From: Jannaschia sp.
GTDB lineage: Bacteria; Pseudomonadota; Alphaproteobacteria; Rhodobacterales; Rhodobacteraceae
Direction of reading: 5' to 3'
Length of the DNA stretch: 43,239 nt
NCBI GenBank assembly: GCA_049647445.1
Contig: JBARXR010000174.1
Coordinates: 1-43,239 of the forward strand
The translations under genes were made by a program, and so were the position numbers. A model generated the notes under the pieces. It worked only from the letters and a program-made list of their open reading frames with translations. It was not told the DNA's origin and made no database searches. Of this stretch, positions 19,211 to 28,952 are shown in pieces. Position 1 is the stretch's first letter. The number at the start of each line of letters is the position of its first letter.

Positions 19211-20509
19211 TCAGTACCTGTTCGCAATCGGCAGGTCCTCGGCCGGGAAAAGCGAGATCACTTCGCAGCCGGTTTCGGTGACGACCACCTCTTCCTCGAT
19301 CCGCGCAGCGGAATAACCGTCCGTTGCCGGGCAATAGGTTTCCAGCGCAAAGACCATCCCTGTCTTGATTTCCATCGGATGGTCCAGACTGATGGCCCGG
19401 CTGATGATCGGCCGCTCGTGCAGCGCGAGACCCAGACCATGGCCGAATTGCAGGCCGAAGGCGGCATCTTCGTTCGGGAACCCAAGGGATTCGGCAGTGG
19501 GCCAGACCTCCGCAACCTTGTCGGTGGAGACGCCGGGCTTGATCATCGCGATGGACGCGTCGATCCATTCGCGGGCCTTCACGTAGGCGTCGTTCTGCGA
19601 TGGCGTCGCGCGGCCCACGTTGAAGGTGCGGTAGTAACAGGTGCGATAACCCTGATAACTTTGCAGAATATCAAAGAATGCCTGATCGCCCGGGCGGATC
19701 AGCCGGTCGGTGAAATTGTGCGGATGTGGGTTGCAGCGTTCGCCAGAGATCGCGTTGATCGCCTCGACGTCATCCGAGCCCATTTCGTAGAGCATCTTGT
19801 TGGACAGGGCTACGATGTCGTTCTCGCGAACACCCGGTTTTAGCTCCTCGTAGATCATGTGGTAGACGCCATCGACCATGGCGGCGGCCTGGGTCAAAAG
19901 CTGGATTTCATCCCAGTTCTTGATCTCGCGCGCCGCCAGCATGATCTGCTGGCCGTCCACCACGTTGATGCCTTCGGCGACCAGCGCGTGAAACATGGCG
20001 GTTTCGGCATAGTCCACGCCGACCGGCATGTCCGCCATGCCCGCATCCTTGATGAGCTGGGCGATCATCTTTGCGTATTTCTGCATCAGACCGAAATCGG
20101 GTGGAATCGTGCCCCGCATACCGACGACCCCGGCCAGACAGTGATCGGGTTCAAGCCAGTCTGAATGGCGCTTGTGGTGCACCGCAGCGGATCCAAAGTC
20201 CCAGACATAGGGGCTGTCGTCACCGGTCAGCAGGCAGAAGCGGCACATCTTGTCCCGTTCCCATTCGCCGATCTTGGTCGCGGTGACATAGCGGATATTG
20301 TTCACGTCGAACAACAGCAGCGAGCCCGCCTGCGAGGCCTGCAACGACTGGCGGGTGCGTGCCAGGCGGTAGCGGCGCAGGCGATCGTGGTCGATCCGGC
20401 GTTCGAAATCGACCGAGGTGTGCCCCCACGCGGGCAGGCGTTCACGCCATTCCCAGTTGGGTTCGAGATCCTTGGGGGTGAGCAGGTTGGGCATGAGCGC
20501 GCGAGACAT
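19211..20509 (-). CDS. M24 (Xaa-Pro peptidase/creatinase fold) family protein
   Basis: AREIKNWDEI, FGHGLGLALHERP, FALETY, ARIEEEVVVT. Metal-ligand region is atypical. Confidence 0.85.
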   Translation of the reverse strand: MSRALMPNLLTPKDLEPNWEWRERLPAWGHTSVDFERRIDHDRLRRYRLARTRQSLQASQAGSLLLFDVNNIRYVTATKIGEWERDKMCRFCLLTGDDSPYVWDFGSAAVHHKRHSDWLEPDHCLAGVVGMRGTIPPDFGLMQKYAKMIAQLIKDAGMADMPVGVDYAETAMFHALVAEGINVVDGQQIMLAAREIKNWDEIQLLTQAAAMVDGVYHMIYEELKPGVRENDIVALSNKMLYEMGSDDVEAINAISGERCNPHPHNFTDRLIRPGDQAFFDILQSYQGYRTCYYRTFNVGRATPSQNDAYVKAREWIDASIAMIKPGVSTDKVAEVWPTAESLGFPNEDAAFGLQFGHGLGLALHERPIISRAISLDHPMEIKTGMVFALETYCPATDGYSAARIEEEVVVTETGCEVISLFPAEDLPIANRY

Positions 20510-20574
20510 GGGACTTTCCTTCCGGATGCATTCGACCGCACCCGTTCATTGTGTTGAAAACAAGAGGCCGGGCG

Positions 20575-21384
20575 TTACTGGATGCACCAGCCGCCATCGA
20601 TGTGGATCATCTGGCCGGTCATGTAGTCGCTGTCATCCGAGGCCAGGAACGACGCGGTGCCGACGATATCCCTTGGATAGGACACGCGTTTGATCTGCAG
20701 GGCATCGCGGACGATATCGTCATAGGCCTGCCCCTCCCGGTCCTTGAAGCCGATATCGACGAGGTCCTTGTCGAGCTGTTCCCACAGGGGTGTGACGACC
20801 ACGCCCGGCGCATAGCCGTTCACCGTGATGCCGTGCTCGGAGAGCCCGATCGCGCCGCAGTGCGTCAGCGCAAGGCAGCCGTATTTGGACGTGCAATAGA
20901 CAGTCACGTCGACGAGGGGCTTGCGCGAGGCGATGGAGCCTACGTTGATCAGCTTGTAGGGATGATCTTCCATCGGTCCCTGCTTGATCATCTGGCGCGC
21001 GGTCTCCTGCATCCCCAGCCACATCGCCTTGGTGTTGACGTTCATGATCATGTCCCAGTTGTCTTCATCGATATCCATGAAGAACCGGGGCTTGTTCAGT
21101 CCGGCGTTGAAGACGCCGACATTGATCGAGCCGAACGCGTCGACCGTTGCGGCGACGGCGGCAACGTTGTCGGCGCGCTTGGTGACATCCATCCTGACAG
21201 CCACAGCCTTGCCGTTTCCAGCGGCGTTGATCTTGTCCGCCAGCGTTTGCGCAGCCTCCTGATCAAGATCTCCGAGGCATACATTTGCGCCCTGCGCCGC
21301 GAATGCCTCGGCATTTTCGGCACCCATTCCACGGGCGGCGCCTGTAATCAGAATGTTTTTACCTTTCAAGCGATTGGGGTCCAT
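20575..21384 (-). CDS. SDR oxidoreductase (polyol/acetoin dehydrogenase-like)
   Basis: TGAARGMG, YCTSK catalytic YxxxK, APGVVVTPLWEQLD, DYMTGQ. Confidence 0.88.
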   Translation of the reverse strand: MDPNRLKGKNILITGAARGMGAENAEAFAAQGANVCLGDLDQEAAQTLADKINAAGNGKAVAVRMDVTKRADNVAAVAATVDAFGSINVGVFNAGLNKPRFFMDIDEDNWDMIMNVNTKAMWLGMQETARQMIKQGPMEDHPYKLINVGSIASRKPLVDVTVYCTSKYGCLALTHCGAIGLSEHGITVNGYAPGVVVTPLWEQLDKDLVDIGFKDREGQAYDDIVRDALQIKRVSYPRDIVGTASFLASDDSDYMTGQMIHIDGGWCIQ

Positions 21385-21401
21385 GATCTCTCCTCCTCAA
21401 A

Positions 21402-23150
21402 TTATGATGTCCGATGTGATGGTATCAGCGCGTCGGCCCTGGCCTGGGCCGTGCGAAGCGCTTCGCGCGGCGACGTGACGCCGCGCAGCATGTCGTGGAA
21501 TTCTTCGCCGCAGACCTGGATGATGCCGCCGATCTCCGGAACGGGAGGGCGGGGCCAGAACTGCAATTCGTCGCGCCAGGACATCGCATCCACGGCCTCG
21601 AAAATCGACGAGACGCTCCGGACGTCCGGGTCCGCGCCGACAGAGTAGCGTGCGTTCGTCCTGCTGCCGTTCTGCACATAGAGTTTCTGTGCCTCGGGCG
21701 ACGTGAAGATGCTGAGCGCCTCAACGGCTGCAGAGACCCGGTCTGCGGCGAGATTTGCCGGGATACCCATGACATAACCGCCGACCGGGGCGATCTGACG
21801 CGCGCCGGGTCCGGCGGGATGCGGCAGGTAGCCGGTCTGTCCGTAGGCCGGCGATGTCTCGTCCTGTTCGAAATACGGGGCAAGAAGGGTGTATCCGTAC
21901 GCCATGGCGATCGTGCCTGCGGCGTAGGGCCTGATCCGCTCGTACCAGGACATCGAGAGGATATCCGGAGGAGAATACTGAAGCAGTTCCAGCAGGAACT
22001 CCGCTGCGCGCAAGCCGGCCTCGGTATCGATCGTGGGTCGATAACCGCCTTCTGCCAAGCGGTCCGTATCGAAGCCGCCTGCGTTCGCGGGCAGGTCCAG
22101 TACGGGCTGACCGAAATCCGCCATGGTCATCAGCACCGTATGGCCCAGCGCTGTCCCACGCGCCGCGTTCCAGGCGATGCCATAACGGCCCCTTGCGGGA
22201 TTATGAAGCGTTCGAGCGGCCTCCAGCAGCGAAGCGGTCGTCCCTGGTGCTTCCAGGCCGGCTTCGGCAAACAGATCGCGGCGGTAAAACAGCAATTCGG
22301 GCGTGGTCTGGGACGGGACACCGAAAGCCCGGCCACCCCAATGTGCGGCCTTCCAGCCGGCGGTATGGAAATCTGCCGGATCCAGCCGCGCCAGATCCAT
22401 CACCGCGTCAAGCGGCATCAACACGCCTTTCTCGGCAAATTCGCCGATCCAGGGCAGATCGACCGCAATGATGTCGTACCGGCTGGCATCGCGCTCTGCG
22501 TTGCGCAGCCCTTCCTCACGCAGGCGATCGATGGAAAAGGCCCGCTGCGTGATCTTGGTGCCGATCACCTGTTCGAACTGACGCTTGAGATTGTCCATAA
22601 CCATGAAGGTTGGATCTCCATGCACCAGCATCCGGATACCCCCCGGGGCCTTCAGAGGTTCAGTGCGCACGTTCAGAGGAGGAATGGATTGGGCCGCCTG
22701 ATAGCTGCCGCCATAATAATAATCCCGTGTGTCGTCCGCGTCGGTGCGACCGTCGAGCCTGCGTTCCGCAAGGCGGCGGACCCTGCCGGACAGTTGCATC
22801 CATTGCTCCAGGAGCTTTTCACTGGGATGCAGGGAAAAGCTCTTTCCAGTCGTCGTCCGTGATCGCTGATCTATCAGCCCGGCTTTCAGCATTTCTTTCA
22901 GGCGACGGTTGCCGGTTGCGTAGGGCGCATGGCTTGAACCGATCAGGGACGTCGGCGTGATAACCCTGCCCTCGAAGTGGGAGCGCAACAGATGCAGGGC
23001 CATTCGCAGGTGCGGATTCGGTGCGATGATGTCCATGGTGGACTCCAGCTCATCACTGAAATCCTCGACGAACGACAAGACTTCCAGCGCCTCGGTCCGT
23101 GCTTGCGGTACGGCCTGCCGACCTTCGTTATGTCCCCGCATGGCATTCAT
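21402..23150 (-). CDS. Winged-helix domain fused to a family-1 sugar-binding-protein domain; probable cytoplasmic transcriptional regulator
   Basis: No signal peptide. N-terminal TPTSLIGSSHAPYATGNRRLKEMLKAGLI is wHTH-like. C-terminal YDIIAVDLPWIGEFA, LLFYRRDLFAEAGL and TSPEAQK are SBP motifs. Divergent from the ABC operon. Confidence 0.75.
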   Translation of the reverse strand: MNAMRGHNEGRQAVPQARTEALEVLSFVEDFSDELESTMDIIAPNPHLRMALHLLRSHFEGRVITPTSLIGSSHAPYATGNRRLKEMLKAGLIDQRSRTTTGKSFSLHPSEKLLEQWMQLSGRVRRLAERRLDGRTDADDTRDYYYGGSYQAAQSIPPLNVRTEPLKAPGGIRMLVHGDPTFMVMDNLKRQFEQVIGTKITQRAFSIDRLREEGLRNAERDASRYDIIAVDLPWIGEFAEKGVLMPLDAVMDLARLDPADFHTAGWKAAHWGGRAFGVPSQTTPELLFYRRDLFAEAGLEAPGTTASLLEAARTLHNPARGRYGIAWNAARGTALGHTVLMTMADFGQPVLDLPANAGGFDTDRLAEGGYRPTIDTEAGLRAAEFLLELLQYSPPDILSMSWYERIRPYAAGTIAMAYGYTLLAPYFEQDETSPAYGQTGYLPHPAGPGARQIAPVGGYVMGIPANLAADRVSAAVEALSIFTSPEAQKLYVQNGSRTNARYSVGADPDVRSVSSIFEAVDAMSWRDELQFWPRPPVPEIGGIIQVCGEEFHDMLRGVTSPREALRTAQARADALIPSHRTS

Positions 23151-23279
23151 CGCACGTTCGAGCCCCTCCGACCTGCTGATACGCAGGCCACCTCGATTTT
23201 CTGTCGACAGTGGATAATTCGATGTTCAGCACTGACTGTCCTCCAAGACTGTCCATTTTGACTGCGCAAATGTATGTCC

Positions 23280-23323
23280 AAAAAATCCACTTTGAACAAT
23301 ATTCAGTCCAGATTGGATTTTTT
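23280..23323. promoter_or_regulatory. Inverted repeat in divergent promoter; candidate operator
   Basis: AAAAAATCCA (23280-23289) and TGGATTTTTT (23314-23323) are a perfect inverted pair with a 24-nt spacer containing TGAA-CAATA-TTCA. Confidence 0.5.
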
Positions 23324-23443
23324 AGCTGGGTCAGGAGACCGTCAGAATTGACAGAATGAAGCAGGCCGCCGGTCACGACGAGCGGTTCAGCGGTGCCCGG
23401 GAGGGGGCCGGGAGATTTACAGTCACATTGGGAGGAAACCCGG

Positions 23444-24391
23444 ATGATACTTCGTACGACACTTGTCGCTTCAACCGCCATCGTTCTGGCCGGCGCAGCG
23501 AGCGCGCAAACCATGAAAATCGGCATCACTCAGAATAACGTGGGCGTCGACAGCTATCAGACGACCTATGAGAATGCATTCATCGCGGCCGCTGAGGCCA
23601 ACGCCGATGTCGATGCCGTCGTCCTTGACGCGGGTGGCGACGTCGCCCGTCAGATCGCCCAGATCGAGGATCTGATCCAGCAGGAAGTCGATGCCATCAT
23701 CATCTGGCCGACCAATGGCGAGGCCGTGATCCCTGCCGTGCGAAAGGCCTTCCAGGCCGACATCCCGGTCATCGTAACCAATTCGAACATCGCAGAGGCC
23801 GGGTTCGACTTCGTCAAATCGTTCTCGGGCCCGGACAATGTCACGCAAGGCGCGCGGTCGGCCGAAATCATGTGCGACAAGTTCACCGAGATGGGCATTC
23901 AGGACGAGGCGCAGGTGGTGCACATCACGGGCCAGCCTGGCTATACGACGGCTATCGAACGCGCCCAGGGCTTCGAGGATCGCCTTCCGGAGGTCTGCCC
24001 GAACGTGACCGTGCTCGAAACACAGCCTGGTGATTGGAATCGCGAGAAGTCACAGCAGGTGATGGAGGCGTTCCTCGTCAAGTACGACGACATCGACGGC
24101 GTCTACGCCGGTGACGACAACATGGGTGTCGGCGCGTTGAACGCGGCAAAGGCAGCAGGACGCGACGGCATCATCTTTGTCGGTGCCACCAACTTTGCCG
24201 TCGGCTACGAGGCGATGTCCGCAGGCGAATACTGGGGTTCGATCTATCAGTCCCCGGTGGATGACGCGGAAGCTGCGCTGCAAACTGCGATCGATGTTCT
24301 GAACGGGACCGAGGTTCCGTTCCTGAACTATTTCGACACGCCGAAGATCACTCAGGACAACATGGGTGACTACACCAAGCCGGTGTTCTGA
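23444..24391 (+). CDS. Sugar ABC transporter (CUT2) periplasmic binding protein
   Basis: GGAGG RBS, signal peptide, QIAQIEDLIQQEVDAIII, GDWNREKS, DDNMGVGA; RbsB-like. Confidence 0.92.
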   Translation: MILRTTLVASTAIVLAGAASAQTMKIGITQNNVGVDSYQTTYENAFIAAAEANADVDAVVLDAGGDVARQIAQIEDLIQQEVDAIIIWPTNGEAVIPAVRKAFQADIPVIVTNSNIAEAGFDFVKSFSGPDNVTQGARSAEIMCDKFTEMGIQDEAQVVHITGQPGYTTAIERAQGFEDRLPEVCPNVTVLETQPGDWNREKSQQVMEAFLVKYDDIDGVYAGDDNMGVGALNAAKAAGRDGIIFVGATNFAVGYEAMSAGEYWGSIYQSPVDDAEAALQTAIDVLNGTEVPFLNYFDTPKITQDNMGDYTKPVF

Positions 24392-24405
24392 GGCGGTTCC
24401 CGCCC

Positions 24406-24444
24406 ACGGGGCGCAGGCTGTCTGCGCCCCGTCTTTTCTGTTTT
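24406..24444 (+). terminator. Intrinsic terminator-like hairpin after the binding-protein gene
   Basis: Perfect 11-bp stem ACGGGGCGCAG/CTGCGCCCCGT followed by CTTTTCTGTTTT. Confidence 0.75.
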
Positions 24445-24469
24445 GAATTCAACGTCGGGGAGACGCGCA

Positions 24470-25267
24470 ATGGGCCGTGTCAATGATCGTGTCTGCATCG
24501 TCACCGGCGCGGCGCAAGGAATCGGTCGTGCCATCGCAGAGGCCTTGCTGGATGAAGGGGCGAAGGTCTGCCTTGCCGATCTCAACGGTGACAAGGTCGC
24601 CGAGGTGGCAGAGGCCAACCGCAGCCGTCTCAACGGACAGGGTGGGGCCGTCACCTCCGTTCAGGTGAATGTCACCGACCGCGGACAGGTGCGCGCAATG
24701 ATTGCGCACACGGTCGAAACCTTCGGCAGACTGGATGTGAAATTCAACAATGCGGGCGTGAACAAGCCGATGAACTTCATGGACGTGACCGAAGACAACT
24801 GGAATTTCATAATGGGCGTTAATGGCCTCGGTTGTATGATCGGGATGCAGGAAGCAGCCCGCCAGATGATCGCCCAAGGGCACGGTGGCAAGATCATCAA
24901 CACTGCATCTGTGGCGAGCCGTCAGGGATTCGACAACGTCGCACCATACTGTGCGTCGAAGTTTGCGGTTGTTTCGCTGACGCAATCCGGCGCGCGCGAT
25001 CTGGCAAAGCACGATATCACGGTGACCGGTTTCGCGCCGGGCGTGGTGGCCACGGAAATGTGGGAGCAGGTCGACAAGGACCTGATGGAGATCGGTGCCG
25101 CCGAACGTCCCGGTCAGGCCATGGAGCAATTCTCGGCCGAAATTCTCAGGGGGCGGGTCGCAAGGCCCGATGACATCACGGGGACGACCACGTTCCTCGC
25201 CTCGAAAGACAGCGACTACATGACAGGGCAGATCGTCATGATCGATGGAGGCATGACGTTGGTTTGA
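24470..25267 (+). CDS. SDR oxidoreductase (polyol/acetoin dehydrogenase-like)
   Basis: TGAAQGIG, NNAG, YCASK, APGVVATEMWEQVD, DYMTGQ. Confidence 0.9.
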   Translation: MGRVNDRVCIVTGAAQGIGRAIAEALLDEGAKVCLADLNGDKVAEVAEANRSRLNGQGGAVTSVQVNVTDRGQVRAMIAHTVETFGRLDVKFNNAGVNKPMNFMDVTEDNWNFIMGVNGLGCMIGMQEAARQMIAQGHGGKIINTASVASRQGFDNVAPYCASKFAVVSLTQSGARDLAKHDITVTGFAPGVVATEMWEQVDKDLMEIGAAERPGQAMEQFSAEILRGRVARPDDITGTTTFLASKDSDYMTGQIVMIDGGMTLV

Positions 25268-25333
25268 TCAGACCTTCCGGCCGGTTTCAGGTCGGGTTCG
25301 CCACAAAATGCCAGCGACCTTAGGGAGGGGATC

Positions 25334-26308
25334 ATGGCCAAACTAAACAGACAAGAGATCGCGAGCATCCTGGCGAAACAAGGCATCCTCATTGCCTTCT
25401 TGGTGTTCATGGTCGGCTTCACCATCGCCAACCCCAAGTTCCTGACACCCGACAACATTCTCAGCGTGGTCCGGTCCTCGGCCATTCTTGGCGTCATGGC
25501 GCTTGGCGTCACCTTCGTGGTGATCAGCGGCAATCTCGATCTGTCCGTCGGCTCGATGATGTCCTTTTCGACCATCGTCGTGCTCGACCTGCACGACACG
25601 ATCGGCCCCGCGCTGGCGATCCCGTCGATGTTTGCGATGACATTGGCGCTTGGGGCGCTGATCGGCCTTCTTGTGGGATATCTCAAACTCAATTCGTTGA
25701 TCGTGACGCTGGGTATGCTGTCGGCGATCCATGGGCTGACGCTTACCTATTCCGGCGGCCAGAACATGGATATCGCCGACAAGGAAGGCACGTGGTTCAG
25801 CGTGATCGGTCAGGGAACGGCACTGGGTATCCCGGTGCCCATCCTGATATTTGCCTTGCTGGCGGGCCTTCTGGGGCTTGTCCTGTCGAGAACCAGTTTT
25901 GGTCGGAAGGTCTATGCCGTGGGGGGCAATGGCACGGCGGCGACCTTTTCGGGGATCCGGCGGGCGCGCACCGTTTTCTTCTGCTACCTCCTGTCGTCGG
26001 CCTGCGTGGCCACGGCCGGGCTTATCCAGGCCAGTCGATCACTCGGCTCGCAGAACACCGTGGGACAGGGGCTGGAGCTTGAGGTGCTGGCTGCCGTCAT
26101 CCTTGGCGGAGCATCGCTGCTCGGCGGTTCAGGCACGATCTTCAAGACGGTCATCGGCGTTCTGATCCTCGGCTTCATACAGAACGGATTGCTTCTGATC
26201 GGCCTGCAATTCTACGTCCAGTTCGTTGTGACCTGGGTCATCATCATCCTTGCTGTCTGGCTCGATATCGCGGCCAAGCGCAGCAGGCTCTTGTCGCCGA
26301 TCGCGTGA
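25334..26308 (+). CDS. Sugar ABC transporter permease (RbsC-like)
   Basis: GNLDLSVGS, FGRKVYAVGGN, ELEVLAAVILGGASLLGG. Confidence 0.92.
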   Translation: MAKLNRQEIASILAKQGILIAFLVFMVGFTIANPKFLTPDNILSVVRSSAILGVMALGVTFVVISGNLDLSVGSMMSFSTIVVLDLHDTIGPALAIPSMFAMTLALGALIGLLVGYLKLNSLIVTLGMLSAIHGLTLTYSGGQNMDIADKEGTWFSVIGQGTALGIPVPILIFALLAGLLGLVLSRTSFGRKVYAVGGNGTAATFSGIRRARTVFFCYLLSSACVATAGLIQASRSLGSQNTVGQGLELEVLAAVILGGASLLGGSGTIFKTVIGVLILGFIQNGLLLIGLQFYVQFVVTWVIIILAVWLDIAAKRSRLLSPIA

Positions 26309-26319
26309 GAGGAAACGCC

Positions 26320-27321
26320 ATGCAACCGGGAACTTTGTCAAAAGCGCTCAAGAACGGCGCGATCTGGGGCTTCATCGTGCTCGAGCTGGTGTTTTTCAGC
26401 ATTGCGGGTGAGTTCCTGTCGCTGTCGGACAAGGCGTTCATGGACTTTGAGAACATGCTGCTTCTGCTCAAGCAGTCGGCGCCGATCGGCATCATCGCAA
26501 TGGGCATGACCCTCGTGATGGTCAACGGCAACATCGACCTCAGCGTGGGCGCCACCTTTGCCATTGCCGCCATCGTGCTGCTGGACAGCATGACGTGGCC
26601 GATCTTCGCGGGTCTGGGCGACGGGGTGATCCCGGTGGCCTGGCTTCTGGCGCTGGCGGTGGGCACATGTCTGGGCGCACTGAACGGCTTCATCGTGTGG
26701 AAGACCGGCGTTGACGCATTCATCGTCACGCTGGGGGCCATGCTGGGCTATCGCGGCTTCGTGTTCATGTTCAATGGCGAACAGCCCACCAGCCATTTGA
26801 ACTGGACGCTGGTCGATCTTGCCGAGGCCGAATTTCTGGGGCTGGCGACGGCGTCATGGTTCCTGCTCGGGGTGACGTTCGCGGTCTGGTTCCTGATGAC
26901 GAAGACGGTGCACGGCCGGAACGCCTATGCGATCGGCGACAATCGCGAGGCCGCGGTGAATGCGGGCGTCCGCGTCGGGCCGCACATGATGATCAACTTC
27001 GCCATCATCGGCTTTCTCGCCGCTTTGTCGGCCGTGGTGTTCTATTCCGAGTCGGGCTCCGTGAACCCCAATGACGGCCAGCTCTACGAGTTGTGGGTGA
27101 TCACAGCCGTGGTTCTTGGTGGAACCAAGATCACCGGCGGCGCCGGCAGCGCGATCGGAACTTTCGGCGGCGTCATCGCCATCCAGCTTTTGCGCAAGGG
27201 CCTCGGCCATATCGGGGCGGACACCTCGACGGTCAACCTCGTCATCGGCCTCATCCTGATCGCCGTCCTGATCCTTGACCGGCAGTTGAACGTCAGGGGC
27301 AAAGAGGAGTTGAAGGTATGA
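26320..27321 (+). CDS. Sugar ABC transporter permease (RbsC-like)
   Basis: GNIDLSVGA, GRNAYAIGDNREAA, YELWVITAVVLGGT. Confidence 0.92.
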   Translation: MQPGTLSKALKNGAIWGFIVLELVFFSIAGEFLSLSDKAFMDFENMLLLLKQSAPIGIIAMGMTLVMVNGNIDLSVGATFAIAAIVLLDSMTWPIFAGLGDGVIPVAWLLALAVGTCLGALNGFIVWKTGVDAFIVTLGAMLGYRGFVFMFNGEQPTSHLNWTLVDLAEAEFLGLATASWFLLGVTFAVWFLMTKTVHGRNAYAIGDNREAAVNAGVRVGPHMMINFAIIGFLAALSAVVFYSESGSVNPNDGQLYELWVITAVVLGGTKITGGAGSAIGTFGGVIAIQLLRKGLGHIGADTSTVNLVIGLILIAVLILDRQLNVRGKEELKV

Positions 27322-28829
27322 CCGACGCAAAACCAGTCCTGCGCCTTGAACACATCGTCAAGACGTTTCCGGGCGTGCGGGCATTGGACGACGTCTCATT
27401 TGCCGTCATGCCGGGCGAGGTCCATGCGCTCATGGGGGAAAACGGGGCGGGCAAATCCACCCTCATGAAGGTGCTGGGCGGCATCCACCAGCCTGACGAA
27501 GGCGCAATCTACATGGGCGATACCCAGGTCGTGATGTCAGGCCCGCTGGAGGCCAAGGCCAAGGGCATCGTATTCATCCACCAGGAACTGAGCCTTGCCG
27601 AAGAGTTGAGCGTGGCCGAAAACATCTATCTCGGGGAATTGCCGCGCAAAAGCTTCGGACGGGTGGACTGGGCGACCTTGACGGCGCGAACCAACGCGAT
27701 CCTCAAGAAACTGAACGTCGGGTTCGACGCCGGCACATTGGTCGGGGATCTCTCCATAGCCAATCAGCAGATGGTCGAGATCGCCCGCGCCCTTACCGTC
27801 GATGCGAAAGCGGTGATCTTCGACGAGCCCACGGCTTCGCTGACCGATGCGGAAAAGGTGGTTCTGTTCGACGTCATCGCGGACCTGAAGGGCGACGGCG
27901 TCGGGATCATTTATATCTCCCACAGGATGGAGGAGATTTTCAAGATCACCGATCGCATCACCGTGCTGCGCGACGGTCAGTATCAGGGCACTGTCGAGAC
28001 GGCCGCCAGCACCGAAGATTCCGTCACCCAGATGATGATCGGTCGAACCCTCGATCTCAGCCGGAATGTCGCGACCCATGATCTGGGCGAAGTTGCGCTC
28101 GAAGTGCAGGGCCTGACCTGCGGCAAGCTCTATCAGGACGTGAGTTTCGAGGTCCGCAGAGGCGAAGTCGTCGGATTTTACGGACTGGTCGGCGCGGGCC
28201 GGACCGAGATCGCGGAGACGCTGTTCGGTCTGCGAGAGCCTTCGGCCGGACAGATCCTGCTGGATGGGAAGGTCGTCCGCATTCACTCGCCCGCCGATGC
28301 CATCGCCCGCGGCATCTCCTTGGTACCAGAGGACCGCAAGGGACAAGGCCTGGTTCTGGGCATGAACTGCCGGGACAACATGACATTGCCCCAGATCGAT
28401 GATCTCAAGGCGGGGCCCTTCGTGGCCCGGGCCGCCGAAGCCGCCATCTTTGACAAGTATCACAAGCAACTCGATATCCGCACGCCCGGCTGGAAGCAGC
28501 AGGTCGGCAATCTGTCCGGTGGAAACCAGCAGAAGATCGTCATCGGCAAATGGTTGTCGATGCACCCCAAGGTCCTGATCGTGGACGAGCCGACGCGCGG
28601 CATCGACGTGGGCAGCAAGTCGGAAATCCACAAGCTGCTGCGGGAACTTGCGGCGCAAGGCTATGCCGTGATGGTCATCAGTTCGGAAATGCCCGAGGTC
28701 CTGCACGTGTCCGACCGGATCGTCGCGATGTATTCCGGTCAGGTCATCCGCACCTTCACGTCCGACGAAGTGACCGAGGACAACCTGATCCAGGCGATTT
28801 CCGGGATCAGAGCCGGACAGGCAGCCTGA
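27318..28829 (+). CDS. Sugar ABC transporter ATPase (RbsA-like, two NBDs)
   Basis: GENGAGKSTL, FDEPTASL, LSGGNQQK, DEPTRGIDVG. Confidence 0.94.
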   Translation: MTDAKPVLRLEHIVKTFPGVRALDDVSFAVMPGEVHALMGENGAGKSTLMKVLGGIHQPDEGAIYMGDTQVVMSGPLEAKAKGIVFIHQELSLAEELSVAENIYLGELPRKSFGRVDWATLTARTNAILKKLNVGFDAGTLVGDLSIANQQMVEIARALTVDAKAVIFDEPTASLTDAEKVVLFDVIADLKGDGVGIIYISHRMEEIFKITDRITVLRDGQYQGTVETAASTEDSVTQMMIGRTLDLSRNVATHDLGEVALEVQGLTCGKLYQDVSFEVRRGEVVGFYGLVGAGRTEIAETLFGLREPSAGQILLDGKVVRIHSPADAIARGISLVPEDRKGQGLVLGMNCRDNMTLPQIDDLKAGPFVARAAEAAIFDKYHKQLDIRTPGWKQQVGNLSGGNQQKIVIGKWLSMHPKVLIVDEPTRGIDVGSKSEIHKLLRELAAQGYAVMVISSEMPEVLHVSDRIVAMYSGQVIRTFTSDEVTEDNLIQAISGIRAGQAA

Positions 28830-28952
28830 TGGCCGTCGGCTTTGCCGGGCCCGGATCAAGACCCGCGCGGCCTCGGATAGCGGTCGCGTGTTTTTGGCGC
28901 CGCACAGGGCGTTCGAACGCAACCAGACAGTCACCGTTAGGATGAGGCCCTC

